A stretch of DNA of 64,000 bases, taken from the NCBI GenBank assembly GCA_934622035.1, contig CAKTVG010000003.1, forward strand, positions 465 through 64,464, in the 5' to 3' direction. Made by a program: the position numbers and the translations under genes. The notes beneath the pieces were generated by a model. That model had not been told where the DNA came from, made no database searches, and worked only from the letters and a program-made list of their open reading frames with translations. The DNA is from an uncultured Oscillospiraceae bacterium (lineage in GTDB: Bacteria > Bacillota > Clostridia > Oscillospirales > Oscillospiraceae). Below are positions 1-9,302 of this stretch, in pieces. Position 1 is the stretch's first letter; each line of letters begins with the position of its first letter.

Positions 1-1169
1 CCGACGAAGGAGCCGGGCGTCAGGCCGAGCGCCGCAACGACGGCGTCCTTGCGGTCCGCCAGGAACTTGGCAATGCCGCCGGAGAGCTCGCCATCCTCGC
101 CCAGCTTGAACCACATGGGTTTGGAGCCGGAGATGACCTCCGTTTCCGCAACGAGCTTGTCCACCGCCTTGCGCGCCAGATTGCAGTCATGCACAACGAT
201 CGCCTTGACCGTATTACCCTCGGCAAACGGGGCAAAATCGATGCCGGAAACCAGCTCAGTAATGTCGTCGATCACGAGGTCGATGCGCAGATCGGGCTTG
301 TCGGAGCCGTAGCGCTCCATGGCCTCGTTGTAGCCGATGCGCTTAAAGGGCGCGGAGGAAGCGATGTTATACTTGCCGAACTTTGCAAAGATGGGCGGCA
401 GAACATCCTCCAGAACGGCAAACACGTCGTCCTGATCGGCAAATGCCATTTCCATATCGAGCTGATAGAATTCGCCGGGGCTGCGGTCGCCGCGGGCGTC
501 CTCATCGCGGAAGCAGGGCGCAATCTGGAAATAGCGGTCAAAGCCGGAGGTCATCAGCAGCTGCTTGAACTGCTGCGGCGCCTGCGGCAGGGCATAGAAC
601 TTGCCGGGGTGCTTTCTCGCCGGGACAAGATAGTCTCTCGCGCCCTCGGGCGAAGAAACCGTAAGAATCGGCGTCGTAATCTCCAGGAAACCGTGCTCGG
701 TCATGGCCTGGCGCAGCGCGGCGACGACATTGCAGCGCAGGATGATATTGCTCTTGACCGCCGGATTGCGCAGGTCAAGGTAGCGATACTTCAGGCGGAC
801 GGACTCGTCTGCGTCGCGGCTGCGGTTGATCTCAAAGGGCAGCTCGTTATAGCGGCAGCGGCCCAGAATCTTGATTTCGGTCGGAACGACCTCAATGTCT
901 CCCGTAGGCTGCTTCGGATTCTTGCTCGCGCGCTCACGGACCACGCCGGTCACGCCGATGGTGGATTCCTTGTTGATGCTGCGGATGATCTGCATCATCT
1001 CCTCGGTTTCCACGACGACCTGCGTCGTGCCGTAGAAGTCGCGCAGAACGACGAAAGCCAGCGCACTGCCGACCTCGCGGACATTCTCCATCCAGCCCGC
1101 CAGCGTAACGGTCTTGCCGACGTCCGTCAGGCGGAGCTCGCCGCAGTTGTGAGTTCTTGATTGCGTCAT
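1..1169 (-). CDS. aspS: Aspartyl-tRNA synthetase, partial (C-terminus runs off the window start)
   Basis: Minus-strand translation from the ATG at about 1169 reads MTQSRTHNCGELRLTDVGKTVTLAGWMENVREVGSALAFVVLRDFYGTT...FRDEDARGDRSPGEFYQLDMEMAF, which is the class II AspRS anticodon-binding and catalytic core. A GGGGGAA RBS sits upstream. The gene is missing from the ORF track because it has no stop inside the window, and it follows hisS directly as in the usual hisS-aspS operon. Confidence 0.85.
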   Translation of the reverse strand, partial: MTQSRTHNCGELRLTDVGKTVTLAGWMENVREVGSALAFVVLRDFYGTTQVVVETEEMMQIIRSINKESTIGVTGVVRERASKNPKQPTGDIEVVPTEIKILGRCRYNELPFEINRSRDADESVRLKYRYLDLRNPAVKSNIILRCNVVAALRQAMTEHGFLEITTPILTVSSPEGARDYLVPARKHPGKFYALPQAPQQFKQLLMTSGFDRYFQIAPCFRDEDARGDRSPGEFYQLDMEMAFADQDDVFAVLEDVLPPIFAKFGKYNIASSAPFKRIGYNEAMERYGSDKPDLRIDLVIDDITELVSGIDFAPFAEGNTVKAIVVHDCNLARKAVDKLVAETEVISGSKPMWFKLGEDGELSGGIAKFLADRKDAVVAALGLTPGSFV

Positions 1170-1185
1170 AAATGATTCCCCCAAA

Positions 1186-2544
1186 TTATTTCTCTAAAAT
1201 CACAGAGCCTTTGTTCAGCTCGGAAATACCCTTTTGAATCAGTGCCGCGGCCTCCTCCGGCGGCAGACTGACCTGCTGGCCGGTGCGAAGATCCTTGACC
1301 GAGCAGACGCCCTGCGCCACCTCGTCCTCCCCAAGGAAGACGACATAGGGAATCCCCAGCCGGTCGGCGTAGGACATTTTGGCCTTGAACTTCTTCTGCT
1401 CGGAATAGATCTGCGTGCGGATGCCCGCCGTGCGGAAGCGCGTCGCCAGCGTGACGGCGGTCGTGATGTCCTCCGTCATGGGCAGCATCAGCACGTCGGC
1501 TGGCGCGGTGGGCAGGTTGGGATTGAGCATGCCCTGCTCATCGAGCACGTAGAACAGGCGCGTCAGGCCGATCGCCACGCCCACGCCGGGCAGGCTCCGC
1601 TCGGAATAGTACTCCGCCAGATTGTCATAGCGGCCGCCCGCGCAGATCGCGCCGATTTCGGGATGATCGAGCATACGCGTCTCATAAACCGTTCCGGTAT
1701 AGTAATCCAGTCCGCGTGCAATGGTCAGATCAACGGCAAAATTCTCCTCCGGAACACCAAAGGCCGCCAGATACTTCGTCACCGTGGTCAATTCCTCCAG
1801 GCCGGTGTCGAAGGCTTCGTTTTTGCCGCGGTAGCCCTCCAGCGCAGCCAGAACCTCCGCATTTGTCCCGCGAATGGCGATAAAACGCAGAATTTCGTCC
1901 GCATCGGCCTCCGAAATGCCGATGTCCTCGACGAGAATGGTGTGAACCTTCTCCGGTCCGATCTTGTCGAGCTTATCAACCGTGCGCATGATATCGCCGG
2001 ACTTCTCCGTCAGGCCGAGCATGGCATAAAAACCGTTCAGGATCTTGCGGTTGTTCACGCTGATGCAGAAGCGTTTCAGTCCGAATTCGGAGAATACCTT
2101 ATAAATAATCGAAGGAATTTCCGCCTCGTTGACAACGGAAAGCTTTCCGTCGCCGATGATATCGATATCCGCCTGATAGAATTCGCGGAAACGGCCGCGC
2201 TGCGCGCGTTCGCCGCGATAAACCTTACCGATGGCATAACGCCGGAAGGGGAAGCACAGCTCGTTCTCATGCAGCGCGACGTACTTCGCCAGTGGAACCG
2301 TGTGATCAAAGCGCAGGGCAAGGTCGGAGTCGCCCTTCTGGAAGCGGTAGATCTGCTTTTCCGTTTCACCGCCGCCCTTGGCCAGCAGGATGTCCGCCGC
2401 CTCGATCACCGGCGTGTCGATGGGAGTAAAGCCATAAAGCGAGAAGGTTTTGCGCAGAATTTCGAGCATGCGCTCAAATTTCTGCTGCGGCGCAGGCAGC
2501 AGCTCCATAAAGCCGGAGAGTGTCCGCGGTCTCAGTTTTTCCAT
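1186..2544 (-). CDS. hisS: Histidyl-tRNA synthetase
   Basis: The 462-aa ORF carries class II HisRS motifs (RFDHTVPLAKY, GGRYDNL). The start is placed at MEKLRP, which has an AAGGAAAAG RBS; the upstream TTG alternative would overlap dapB. Confidence 0.95.
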   Translation of the reverse strand: MEKLRPRTLSGFMELLPAPQQKFERMLEILRKTFSLYGFTPIDTPVIEAADILLAKGGGETEKQIYRFQKGDSDLALRFDHTVPLAKYVALHENELCFPFRRYAIGKVYRGERAQRGRFREFYQADIDIIGDGKLSVVNEAEIPSIIYKVFSEFGLKRFCISVNNRKILNGFYAMLGLTEKSGDIMRTVDKLDKIGPEKVHTILVEDIGISEADADEILRFIAIRGTNAEVLAALEGYRGKNEAFDTGLEELTTVTKYLAAFGVPEENFAVDLTIARGLDYYTGTVYETRMLDHPEIGAICAGGRYDNLAEYYSERSLPGVGVAIGLTRLFYVLDEQGMLNPNLPTAPADVLMLPMTEDITTAVTLATRFRTAGIRTQIYSEQKKFKAKMSYADRLGIPYVVFLGEDEVAQGVCSVKDLRTGQQVSLPPEEAAALIQKGISELNKGSVILEK

Positions 2545-2563
2545 AGTCTTTCTTTTCCTTATC

Positions 2564-3277
2564 TCAAGTATCAAACAGCAGCTCGTCGAGCGAATAGAAG
2601 CCGGGCGCTCTGCCGCAAATCGCCTGTGCTGCGCGAAGTGCGCCCGCAGCGAAGATTTTCCGGCTGGAAGCCGAATGAGTCAGTGTCAGCGTTTCGTCCT
2701 CGCCGAAGAAATAGACGGTATGCTCCCCTGCGACCGTACCGCCGCGCAGGGAGAAAACACCGATCTCCTCCGGCTTGCGCTTGCCGCACAGGCCCTCGCG
2801 GCCGTGCAGCACCGTCGCCTGCCCCTCCGGATCCAGCTCCTGCAAAAGCAGCTTTGCCGTGCCGCTGGGCGCGTCGGCCTTCTGATTGTGATGGATTTCA
2901 ACAATCTCCTTGTCCCAATCCTTCAGTGTTCCGGCATAGTCGCGCAGCATACGCCGCAGGACGGCAATGCCGGTGCTGTAATTCGCGGTCCAGATGACGG
3001 GAACGCTCGCCGCGGCCTCCTGCAGCAGCTGCATTTCAGGCTCGGCAAACGCAGTCGTCCCGCTGACGAGCGCCGTGCCCGTATGGCGGAGATAGTCCGT
3101 CAGGTGCTTTGCCGCGCCCGCGCCGGAAAAGTCGATGCAGACGTCCGCGGCAGGCGCGGTTTCATACGCCTCCGGGCAGGTAATATCGGCATGGCCAACG
3201 ATCTGCCAGCCCTTTTCCTGGGCCAGTGCCTCGACCATTTTCCCCATTCTTCCATAGCCGCTGAGGAAGAGCTTCAT
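2564..3277 (-). CDS. dapB: 4-hydroxy-tetrahydrodipicolinate reductase
   Basis: The 237-aa ORF has the DapB signature EIVEIHHNQKADAPSGTA and an N-terminal NAD-binding GYGRMG. Confidence 0.92.
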   Translation of the reverse strand: MKLFLSGYGRMGKMVEALAQEKGWQIVGHADITCPEAYETAPAADVCIDFSGAGAAKHLTDYLRHTGTALVSGTTAFAEPEMQLLQEAAASVPVIWTANYSTGIAVLRRMLRDYAGTLKDWDKEIVEIHHNQKADAPSGTAKLLLQELDPEGQATVLHGREGLCGKRKPEEIGVFSLRGGTVAGEHTVYFFGEDETLTLTHSASSRKIFAAGALRAAQAICGRAPGFYSLDELLFDT

Positions 3278-4174
3278 TTAAGCGTCCTCCTTCACGGGCA
3301 GCCCGGCCTCGCGCATGATCTGTGCAAGCTTGGCGCGGTGCTCCGGCGTCATGGGATACATCGGCATGCGGTAGCTGCCCGCGCGCAGCCCCATCAGATT
3401 CATCGCTTCCTTCACGGGGATGGGGTTCACCTCCATGAACAGCGCATTGATAAGGTCAAGGTAGCGCAGCTGCGTGGCACGCGCCTTCTCGTGGCGGCCC
3501 TCCAGGTAATCCGTGACCATATCGTGCACCTCGCGGGGCATGATATTCGCCCAAACGGAGATGACGCCAGACGCGCCGACGGACAGCAGCGGAACGGTAA
3601 TATCGTCGTTGCCGCAGTACATCACGAAATCGTCGGAAAGATACCGCGCAACCTTCATGGCATAGGCCATGTCGCCGCTGGCCTCCTTGATGCCCATGAC
3701 GTTCGGATGCACAGACAGGCGGCGCACGACGTCCTCGGAGATCTTGCAGCCGGTGCGGCCGGGAACATTATAGAGGATGATGGGAGCCGAGGCGGCGTCC
3801 GCCGACATCATGAAGTGGCGGTACATGCCCTCTTCGTTGGTTTTCACATAGTAAGGGCTGATGCACAGCAGCGCCGCAGCGCCCATTTCGGAATAAATGA
3901 CGCTTTTGTGCTTCTGCATCTCGCTGGAATTCGAGCCGCTGCCCGCAATGACCGGAATTCTTCCGGCGGCATGGCTGATAACGCAGTCGAGCGTCTTGAT
4001 GTCCTCCTCCAGAGAGGTAGAGGCCGTCTCGCCCGTCGTGCCGAGGACCAGCAGCGCGTCCGTTTTGTTTTCAATGTGCCAGTCCACCAGCTCGCGCAGG
4101 CGGACAAAGTCCGTCGAACCGTCATGGTTGAACGGAGTGACCAGTGCCACGATGGAGCCTGTAATCTTCTTCAT
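3278..4174 (-). CDS. dapA: 4-hydroxy-tetrahydrodipicolinate synthase
   Basis: This is the DapA/NAL family (ALVTPF, LVLGTTGE). The start is set at MKKITGS, which has a strong AAAGGAGG RBS. It abuts dapB with no gap. Confidence 0.92.
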   Translation of the reverse strand: MKKITGSIVALVTPFNHDGSTDFVRLRELVDWHIENKTDALLVLGTTGETASTSLEEDIKTLDCVISHAAGRIPVIAGSGSNSSEMQKHKSVIYSEMGAAALLCISPYYVKTNEEGMYRHFMMSADAASAPIILYNVPGRTGCKISEDVVRRLSVHPNVMGIKEASGDMAYAMKVARYLSDDFVMYCGNDDITVPLLSVGASGVISVWANIMPREVHDMVTDYLEGRHEKARATQLRYLDLINALFMEVNPIPVKEAMNLMGLRAGSYRMPMYPMTPEHRAKLAQIMREAGLPVKEDA

Positions 4175-4235
4175 AAAAAATCCTCCTTTTCGTGTGGCGA
4201 AAATCCTTCCGGGATTCCGGCAGATTTCCTTATAA

Positions 4236-4264
4236 ATCATAGCATTTTACAGAGGAAAATGCAA
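4236..4264 (-). promoter_or_regulatory. Candidate sigma-A promoter for dapA-dapB-hisS-aspS
   Basis: The minus strand reads TTGCAT, a 17-nt spacer, then TATGAT, about 60 nt upstream of the dapA start. Confidence 0.45.
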
Positions 4265-4355
4265 GTACTGCCTTTCATTTTGCGGCGCTGCGGAAAAGGT
4301 TTTTCCGTATGCAGGGGAAATCCGCAGAGTGCAGGGATTTTCTTGCAAAAACTTG

Positions 4356-4384
4356 TTGACAAATTCTTTTTTCAGGGGTAAAAT
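4356..4384 (+). promoter_or_regulatory. Candidate sigma-A promoter for rpsF-ssb-rpsR
   Basis: TTGACA, a 17-nt spacer (aattcttttttcagggg), then TAAAAT, about 80 nt upstream of rpsF. Confidence 0.55.
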
Positions 4385-4463
4385 AATCTGGTCTGCGAAT
4401 GCGGACAATCCTTGCCGCCGGCGCGACCGGCGGCCAAAAGTCCAAAAGGAGGTGCAAACAACA

Positions 4464-4760
4464 ATGGCTAAGATTTCCGGTAAGTATGAGATCGTCTATA
4501 TCATCGATCCCGCAAAGGGTGAAGATGGTATTGCCGCTCTTGTGGAAAAGTTCAAGGCGATGGTTGAGGCAGAAGGTACTCTCACGGGTATCGAGGAATG
4601 GGGCAAGCGCCGGCTGGCATATCCCATCAACGATCTTCCCGAAGGTTACTACGTGCTGATGAACTGCGAATGCAAGCCCGAGCTCCCCGCTGAGCTGGAC
4701 CGTGTGTTCAAGATCACCGACGGCATCCTGCGCTCCATCATTGTCGCAGTCGAAGAGTAA
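4464..4760 (+). CDS. rpsF: 30S ribosomal protein S6
   Basis: MAKISGKYEIVYIIDP... matches S6. An AAAGGAGG RBS sits 10 nt upstream. Confidence 0.95.
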   Translation: MAKISGKYEIVYIIDPAKGEDGIAALVEKFKAMVEAEGTLTGIEEWGKRRLAYPINDLPEGYYVLMNCECKPELPAELDRVFKITDGILRSIIVAVEE

Positions 4761-4772
4761 GGAGGCCCGTTC

Positions 4773-5246
4773 ATGCTGAACCATATTGTTCTCATGGGCC
4801 GTCTTACCCGTGACCCCGAGCTGCGTCGGACAGGCTCCGGTGTAGCAGTGGCCACATTCTCGCTGGCGGTTGACCGCGATTTCGGCAGCAGCGCCACCGG
4901 CGAAAAGGAAACGGATTTCATCGACATCGTGGTATGGCGCAATACCGCTGAATTCGTCAGCAAGTATTTCACCAAGGGCCGCATGGCGGTGGTCTCCGGT
5001 CGTCTCCAGATTCGCAACTGGACCGACAAGGAAGGAAACAAGCGCCGCAGCGCAGAGGTCGTTGCCGACAATGTCTATTTCGGCGACTCCAAGCGCGACA
5101 ATGCGGACGGCGCCTACGGCACAGCTCCGGCCTTCGGCGGCTATTCCGCCCCGGCAGCTCCGTCCGGCTATGCCGCTCCCAGCGCTCCGGCTCCCGCATC
5201 CGACTTCTCCATGATCGAGGATGACGACAGCCAGCTTCCGTTCTAA
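4773..5246 (+). CDS. ssb: Single-stranded DNA-binding protein
   Basis: It has an OB-fold core, a Gly/Ala/Pro-rich linker and the acidic DDDSQLPF tail typical of SSB. It sits between rpsF and rpsR as in the conserved operon. Confidence 0.95.
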   Translation: MLNHIVLMGRLTRDPELRRTGSGVAVATFSLAVDRDFGSSATGEKETDFIDIVVWRNTAEFVSKYFTKGRMAVVSGRLQIRNWTDKEGNKRRSAEVVADNVYFGDSKRDNADGAYGTAPAFGGYSAPAAPSGYAAPSAPAPASDFSMIEDDDSQLPF

Positions 5247-5289
5247 CTGAAACTTTTTCACTTGAGTCTGAAAGAAGGAGGATTTCATC

Positions 5290-5523
5290 ATGGCAAACGA
5301 TAGAGTTCGCCCGCGTAAGCGCAAGAAGGTATGTAACTTCTGCGTCGAGAAGGCTACCAGCATCGATTTCAAGGATTCCGCCAAGCTCCGCCGTTATACG
5401 TCCGAGCGTGGTAAGATCCTGCCCCGCCGTACCACCGGTACCTGCGCTGCCCATCAGCGCCAGCTGACCATCGCAATCAAGCGTGCGCGTCAGATCGCCT
5501 TGCTGCCCTACGTAGCAGACTAA
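5290..5523 (+). CDS. rpsR: 30S ribosomal protein S18
   Basis: 77 aa with the S18 signature CNFCVEK...[28 protein letters not shown]. Confidence 0.95.
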   Translation: MANDRVRPRKRKKVCNFCVEKATSIDFKDSAKLRRYTSERGKILPRRTTGTCAAHQRQLTIAIKRARQIALLPYVAD

Positions 5524-5539
5524 TTTCCGCCGAATCAGA

Positions 5540-5610
5540 GCGCCTCATGGAATGAACCTCCATGAGGCGCTTTTCTATGCGCTTCTCCGAAAAGCGCACA
5601 GCTTTTTTGT
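5540..5610 (+). terminator. Intrinsic terminator(s) after rpsR
   Basis: An 11-bp GC-rich stem (GCGCCTCATGG/CCATGAGGCGC) followed by TTTT. A second hairpin (GCGCTT/AAGCGC) is followed by TTTTTT. Confidence 0.7.
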
Positions 5611-5885
5611 CAAAAATCAGCGGAATTCCGCTTGCCTCCCTGCCGCGCCCGTGCTAAAATAATAGGGGTTATTTACGTCCGGTCAAGCCTACAGTTGGCG
5701 TAATCGCATTTGGGAAGCTCTGATAAAATCAACAAGAGCGGATGGCGCAAGATTTTTCGTCAAGCCGAGGTTTGGGAAACGCAGGAACACTTCGTGTCTT
5801 TCAAGTTTTCCGTACCGATGGATTGGCGGAAAAGATTCAGCATCCGCCGCAGAGGATTTTCTCAGAGTTTCCCCATAAAAAGGAA

Positions 5886-7271
5886 ATGGAAATGAAAGAA
5901 AAGAACTCCCTGATCGAAGGCTCGATCTGGAAGGGCCTGATCTCCTTCGTCTTCCCGATTTTTCTGGGGCAGGTCTTCCAGCAGCTCTACAACACCGCCG
6001 ACACCTGGGTCGTCGGTACTTTTTTGGACAAAGACTCCTACGCCGCCGTCAGCTCCTCCGGAAGCCTGGTCTTCCTGCTGATCGGCTTTTTTGGCGGCAT
6101 TTCCGTAGGTGCAGGCGTCGTCATCGCGCGCTATTTCGGCGCAGGCGATACGGATAAGCTCCGCATCTCGGTGCACACCACGGTCGTCTCCGGCCTGATT
6201 GCCGGCGTTATCCTGACCGCCGTCGGCATGATCTTCACGCCGCAGATTCTGCAATTGATGGATACGCCGGAGGATGTCCTTCCCCGCTCCGTGGAATACT
6301 TCCAGATGTACTTCGCTGGCTCCATCGCCATCGTGATGTACAATATGTGTGTCGGCATTCTCCGCGCCGTGGGCGACAGCAAACGCCCGCTGTACTATCT
6401 GATCATCTCGTCCCTTGTCAATATTGCACTGGATCTGCTCTTTGTCGGCGTATTCCACTGGGGCGTCTGGTCCGCCGCGCTCGCCACATCGATTTCCCAG
6501 TTTATCAGCCTGGTGCTCTGCCTGATTCGCCTCTTCCGGGACGACGCCGTCTATCGGCTCAGCTGGAAGGAAATGCGCATCGATTTATCCATGCTCGCCC
6601 AGGTCATCCGCTACGGTCTTCCCTCCGGCGTGCAGAATTCCATCATCGGCTTTGCCAACGTCGTGGTGCAGAGCAACATCAACGCCTTTCAATCCGATGC
6701 CATCGCGGGCTGCGGCACCTACGCCAAGCTTGAGGGCTTCGCCTTCCTGCCCATCACCTGCTTTGCCATGGGACTGACCACCTTTGTCAGCCAGAACCTC
6801 GGCGCAAAGCAGTATGAGCGCACCAAAAAGGGCGTTCGTATGGGCATCCTCACCTCTGTTCTGCTGGCCGAGGGCATCGGCGTCATCATGTTCCTCTTTG
6901 CAGAGCCGCTGGTTCGCCTGTTCAGCAAGGAACCGGCCGTCGTGGCCTACGGCGTCAGGCAGGCGCATGTGGAGGCGCTGTTCTTCTTCCTGCTCGCTTT
7001 CTCGCACTGCATTGCAGGATTGTTGCGAGGCGCAGGCAAGCCTATGGCCCCGATGATCGTCATGCTCTGCTCCTGGTGCGTCATCCGCGTGACCTACATC
7101 ACAATCATGGTTCCCGTTTTTAAAGACATCGCGGTGATTTTCAGTGCCTATCCCCTCACCTGGGGCATCAGCTCCATTGTCTTTTTGATCTATTATTTCA
7201 AATCCGACTGGCTGCACGCCTTCGACCGCGCAGAAGCAAAGAAAAAGCTCGCAGAAAAAGCGAAGCAATAA
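5886..7271 (+). CDS. MATE family efflux transporter
   Basis: Twelve-TM MATE architecture (WKGLISFVFPIFLGQVFQQLYNTADTWVVG, NorM/MepA-like). The start is uncertain between 5886 and 5892, both in frame. A leader of about 220 nt precedes it. Confidence 0.85.
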   Translation: MEMKEKNSLIEGSIWKGLISFVFPIFLGQVFQQLYNTADTWVVGTFLDKDSYAAVSSSGSLVFLLIGFFGGISVGAGVVIARYFGAGDTDKLRISVHTTVVSGLIAGVILTAVGMIFTPQILQLMDTPEDVLPRSVEYFQMYFAGSIAIVMYNMCVGILRAVGDSKRPLYYLIISSLVNIALDLLFVGVFHWGVWSAALATSISQFISLVLCLIRLFRDDAVYRLSWKEMRIDLSMLAQVIRYGLPSGVQNSIIGFANVVVQSNINAFQSDAIAGCGTYAKLEGFAFLPITCFAMGLTTFVSQNLGAKQYERTKKGVRMGILTSVLLAEGIGVIMFLFAEPLVRLFSKEPAVVAYGVRQAHVEALFFFLLAFSHCIAGLLRGAGKPMAPMIVMLCSWCVIRVTYITIMVPVFKDIAVIFSAYPLTWGISSIVFLIYYFKSDWLHAFDRAEAKKKLAEKAKQ

Positions 7272-7276
7272 ATCAA

Positions 7277-7306
7277 AGCTCCGGCAGAGAACTCTGCCGG
7301 AGCTTT
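7277..7306. terminator. Bidirectional terminator between the convergent MATE and lipoprotein genes
   Basis: The hairpin AGCTCCGGCAGAG..CTCTGCCGGAGCT is flanked by A/T runs. Confidence 0.6.
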
Positions 7307-7310
7307 ACTA

Positions 7311-8579
7311 TTACCAGTTTAACTGCTCCCAACCGCTGCCGTCAAGGCGGACGCGGTAGAGATCGTTGTTATATGTATAGTAGAGATAGCCGTCGCCGGG
7401 ATAGCTGAGATTGTTGCCCCAGTCGTTGTTGATCGTCGTATGCACGCCGTCCTTCAGGGTCTGCATGCCCCGTTTGGTGTTGAGGTCCGTGTAATTCGAG
7501 AGGATCGTCCCGTCCTCCAGGAAGATCAGATCGCTGACGCTCACCTGCGCCACGCCGTCCGGATTGACAGTGAAGTCAAACTCCTCCGGCTCGTAGCCGT
7601 TGGCCGGGCTGTAGCGGCGAAGATAGCCCACCTGATAGGAGACGAAGTTTCCCTTCCCGTCGGAATAGAAATCCGCGCCGCCGTACTGCTGCAATCCCTC
7701 AGGCGCCGCAGTAACTGCCGCACCGTCACAGAGATACAGTGTTTTTGTGGAATAGTCCTTCATCAGGATTACATCGTCCGTATAGGCAATGATGGCGCAG
7801 GCCTGCGTGTTCGGGTTGTCGATCTCAGTATGGTAGAGCAGCTCTCTCTGCCAGAGATCCAGATGGAACGCCCAGAGCTCGGAATAGAATGTATACGTCG
7901 AGGCGCTCTGCTGGTCATAGTCTATCGTGGTGAAATAGACGACGTTGTCCCGCACGACAAAGGTGTTGAAGTATTCGCCGTCGAAATTGGGCATGATGTG
8001 GGTCACCGTTTCCGCCCCGCTGCCGTCCGTGCGGACGCGCGAGAGCTGCGTGGTGTACATGCGCATTCCGCCGACGACATCCCTCTGATAGAAGGAGGTG
8101 AAATAGACCCAGTCGCCGACGATCTGAATTTCATACAGCGTGCCGAATTGTTCCTTCAGATTGTCCAGCAGCACAACAGCATCTCCCGCGCTGCCGCCGA
8201 CCGGAATTTTCTTGATGGCATTGCCGCCGACATAATATAGCCAGCTGCCCTGCCGCTTGACCGGGCTGTAGCCGCACTCGTCAAAGCCGAGGCGATAGCG
8301 CCCGAGGTGCGGCACCCCGTGTTTGGAGGTCGTGTTCTTCTCCTCCTCAACAACAACCGGCGGCATTGTTTCCTCCGGCTGGGTATCCGCAGGTTCCTCC
8401 GCCGGCTGCGGCTCCTCCGTTTCGGCAGGCTCCGTCTGTTGGGTGGAACCGGTGCTGCGCGTGGCAGGTCGATTTGAGTTGCCGCCGGGCAGCCGGACGT
8501 CCGAAGCACCGCAGCCCACCAAGGCGCAGAGCAGCGCCAGCAGCAAGGTCAAACATATGCAGGATTTCAAAGCGCTCAT
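7311..8579 (-). CDS. Lipoprotein with DUF5050-like beta-propeller repeats
   Basis: The signal peptide has an LVGC lipobox. A Pro/Glu/Thr-rich linker is followed by repeated YY..G...DGSG motifs (VRTDGSGAE, VRLDGSGWE) typical of DUF5050 domains. Confidence 0.7.
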   Translation of the reverse strand: MSALKSCICLTLLLALLCALVGCGASDVRLPGGNSNRPATRSTGSTQQTEPAETEEPQPAEEPADTQPEETMPPVVVEEEKNTTSKHGVPHLGRYRLGFDECGYSPVKRQGSWLYYVGGNAIKKIPVGGSAGDAVVLLDNLKEQFGTLYEIQIVGDWVYFTSFYQRDVVGGMRMYTTQLSRVRTDGSGAETVTHIMPNFDGEYFNTFVVRDNVVYFTTIDYDQQSASTYTFYSELWAFHLDLWQRELLYHTEIDNPNTQACAIIAYTDDVILMKDYSTKTLYLCDGAAVTAAPEGLQQYGGADFYSDGKGNFVSYQVGYLRRYSPANGYEPEEFDFTVNPDGVAQVSVSDLIFLEDGTILSNYTDLNTKRGMQTLKDGVHTTINNDWGNNLSYPGDGYLYYTYNNDLYRVRLDGSGWEQLNW

Positions 8580-8635
8580 TTTTCCCTCTTTCCCCGGCAT
8601 AGCTTTGCCGATCCCTTATTTATGCGGTTCTGCCG

Positions 8636-9163
8636 TCAGCCTGCGGCGATTGCCGTATTCTCGCCCGCCTCAATGCGGCTGCGGATATAAGCAGGCACCT
8701 CCTGCTGCGGGATGGCCAGCACGAGTGCAAACTCATCATGCAGCAGCTTCTCCGCCTCGCGCAGGAGCTGATCATCCCCGCTGCGCAGCTGCCGCCCCGC
8801 TGTGCGGAGCTGCTGGCGGCGCAGATACAGCGTGCGGATCATGCGCACAATGCGGCAGCGGTCGCCGCTCGCCAGAATTTCGCCGTAGACCGTGCGCCGC
8901 TCGTTTGGATCGTCCACCCAGGGGACGTCCTCCAGCACCACCGCGCCGAGCAGGCTGTCGATCTCCTGCGCGGAAAGGAGCCTGCGCATGCGCGCCACGA
9001 GCTTCTCATTGTCCACGGGCACATAAATCGTTGCGCTTTCGCGGTAAACCGGCTTGAGCACATAATAGTTTTCCCGCGTTCTGCCAACCTTCATTTCCCG
9101 GATTTCTGCAATTCTGCAAACACCCTCCGTGCCATACAGCACCGTTTCTCCGCAGTGAAACAT
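8636..9163 (-). CDS. carD: CarD/CdnL family RNA-polymerase-binding transcription factor
   Basis: The N-terminal CarD_CdnL_TRCF domain (MFHCGETVLYGTEGVCRIAEIREMKVG...YYVLKP) is present. The start is taken at MFHC, where an extended -10 (TGGTATAAT) sits upstream. Confidence 0.85.
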   Translation of the reverse strand: MFHCGETVLYGTEGVCRIAEIREMKVGRTRENYYVLKPVYRESATIYVPVDNEKLVARMRRLLSAQEIDSLLGAVVLEDVPWVDDPNERRTVYGEILASGDRCRIVRMIRTLYLRRQQLRTAGRQLRSGDDQLLREAEKLLHDEFALVLAIPQQEVPAYIRSRIEAGENTAIAAG

Positions 9164-9243
9164 CGTTTTCGCTCCCTTCCTGATTCTATTTGTATTATAC
9201 CATACTTTTCCAACATTTGTCATGGACAAAATCCACAAATTTC

Positions 9244-9292
9244 AAAAAAATCCGGCGAGAAGGCCATCTTTGACCTTCTCGCCGGATTTTTT
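9244..9292 (-). terminator. Intrinsic terminator downstream of copZ
   Basis: A 12-bp stem (CCGGCGAGAAGG/CCTTCTCGCCGG) is flanked by AAAAAAA and TTTTTT, so it can work in both directions. Confidence 0.7.
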
Positions 9293-9302
9293 GCCGCTTT
9301 TC

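Noticed and set aside
189-1160. A 323-aa plus-strand ORF covering the start of the window.
   Set aside because: It is an antisense shadow ORF in high-GC DNA. The minus strand here gives an unambiguous AspRS translation, while this ORF is an Arg/Ala/Gly-rich product with no RBS.
1234-4381. Two long plus-strand ORFs (1234-2997 and 2450-4381) antisense to hisS, dapB and dapA.
   Set aside because: They are shadow ORFs. Their Arg/Ala/Gly-rich translations are typical of the reverse frame of GC-rich genes, and the sense strand carries well-conserved enzymes.
4175-4463. Possible lysine riboswitch or T-box upstream of dapA-dapB-hisS-aspS.
   Set aside because: The dapA leader downstream of the candidate promoter is only about 60 nt. 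I found no conserved lysine-box or T-box sequence, and the other hairpins there are small.
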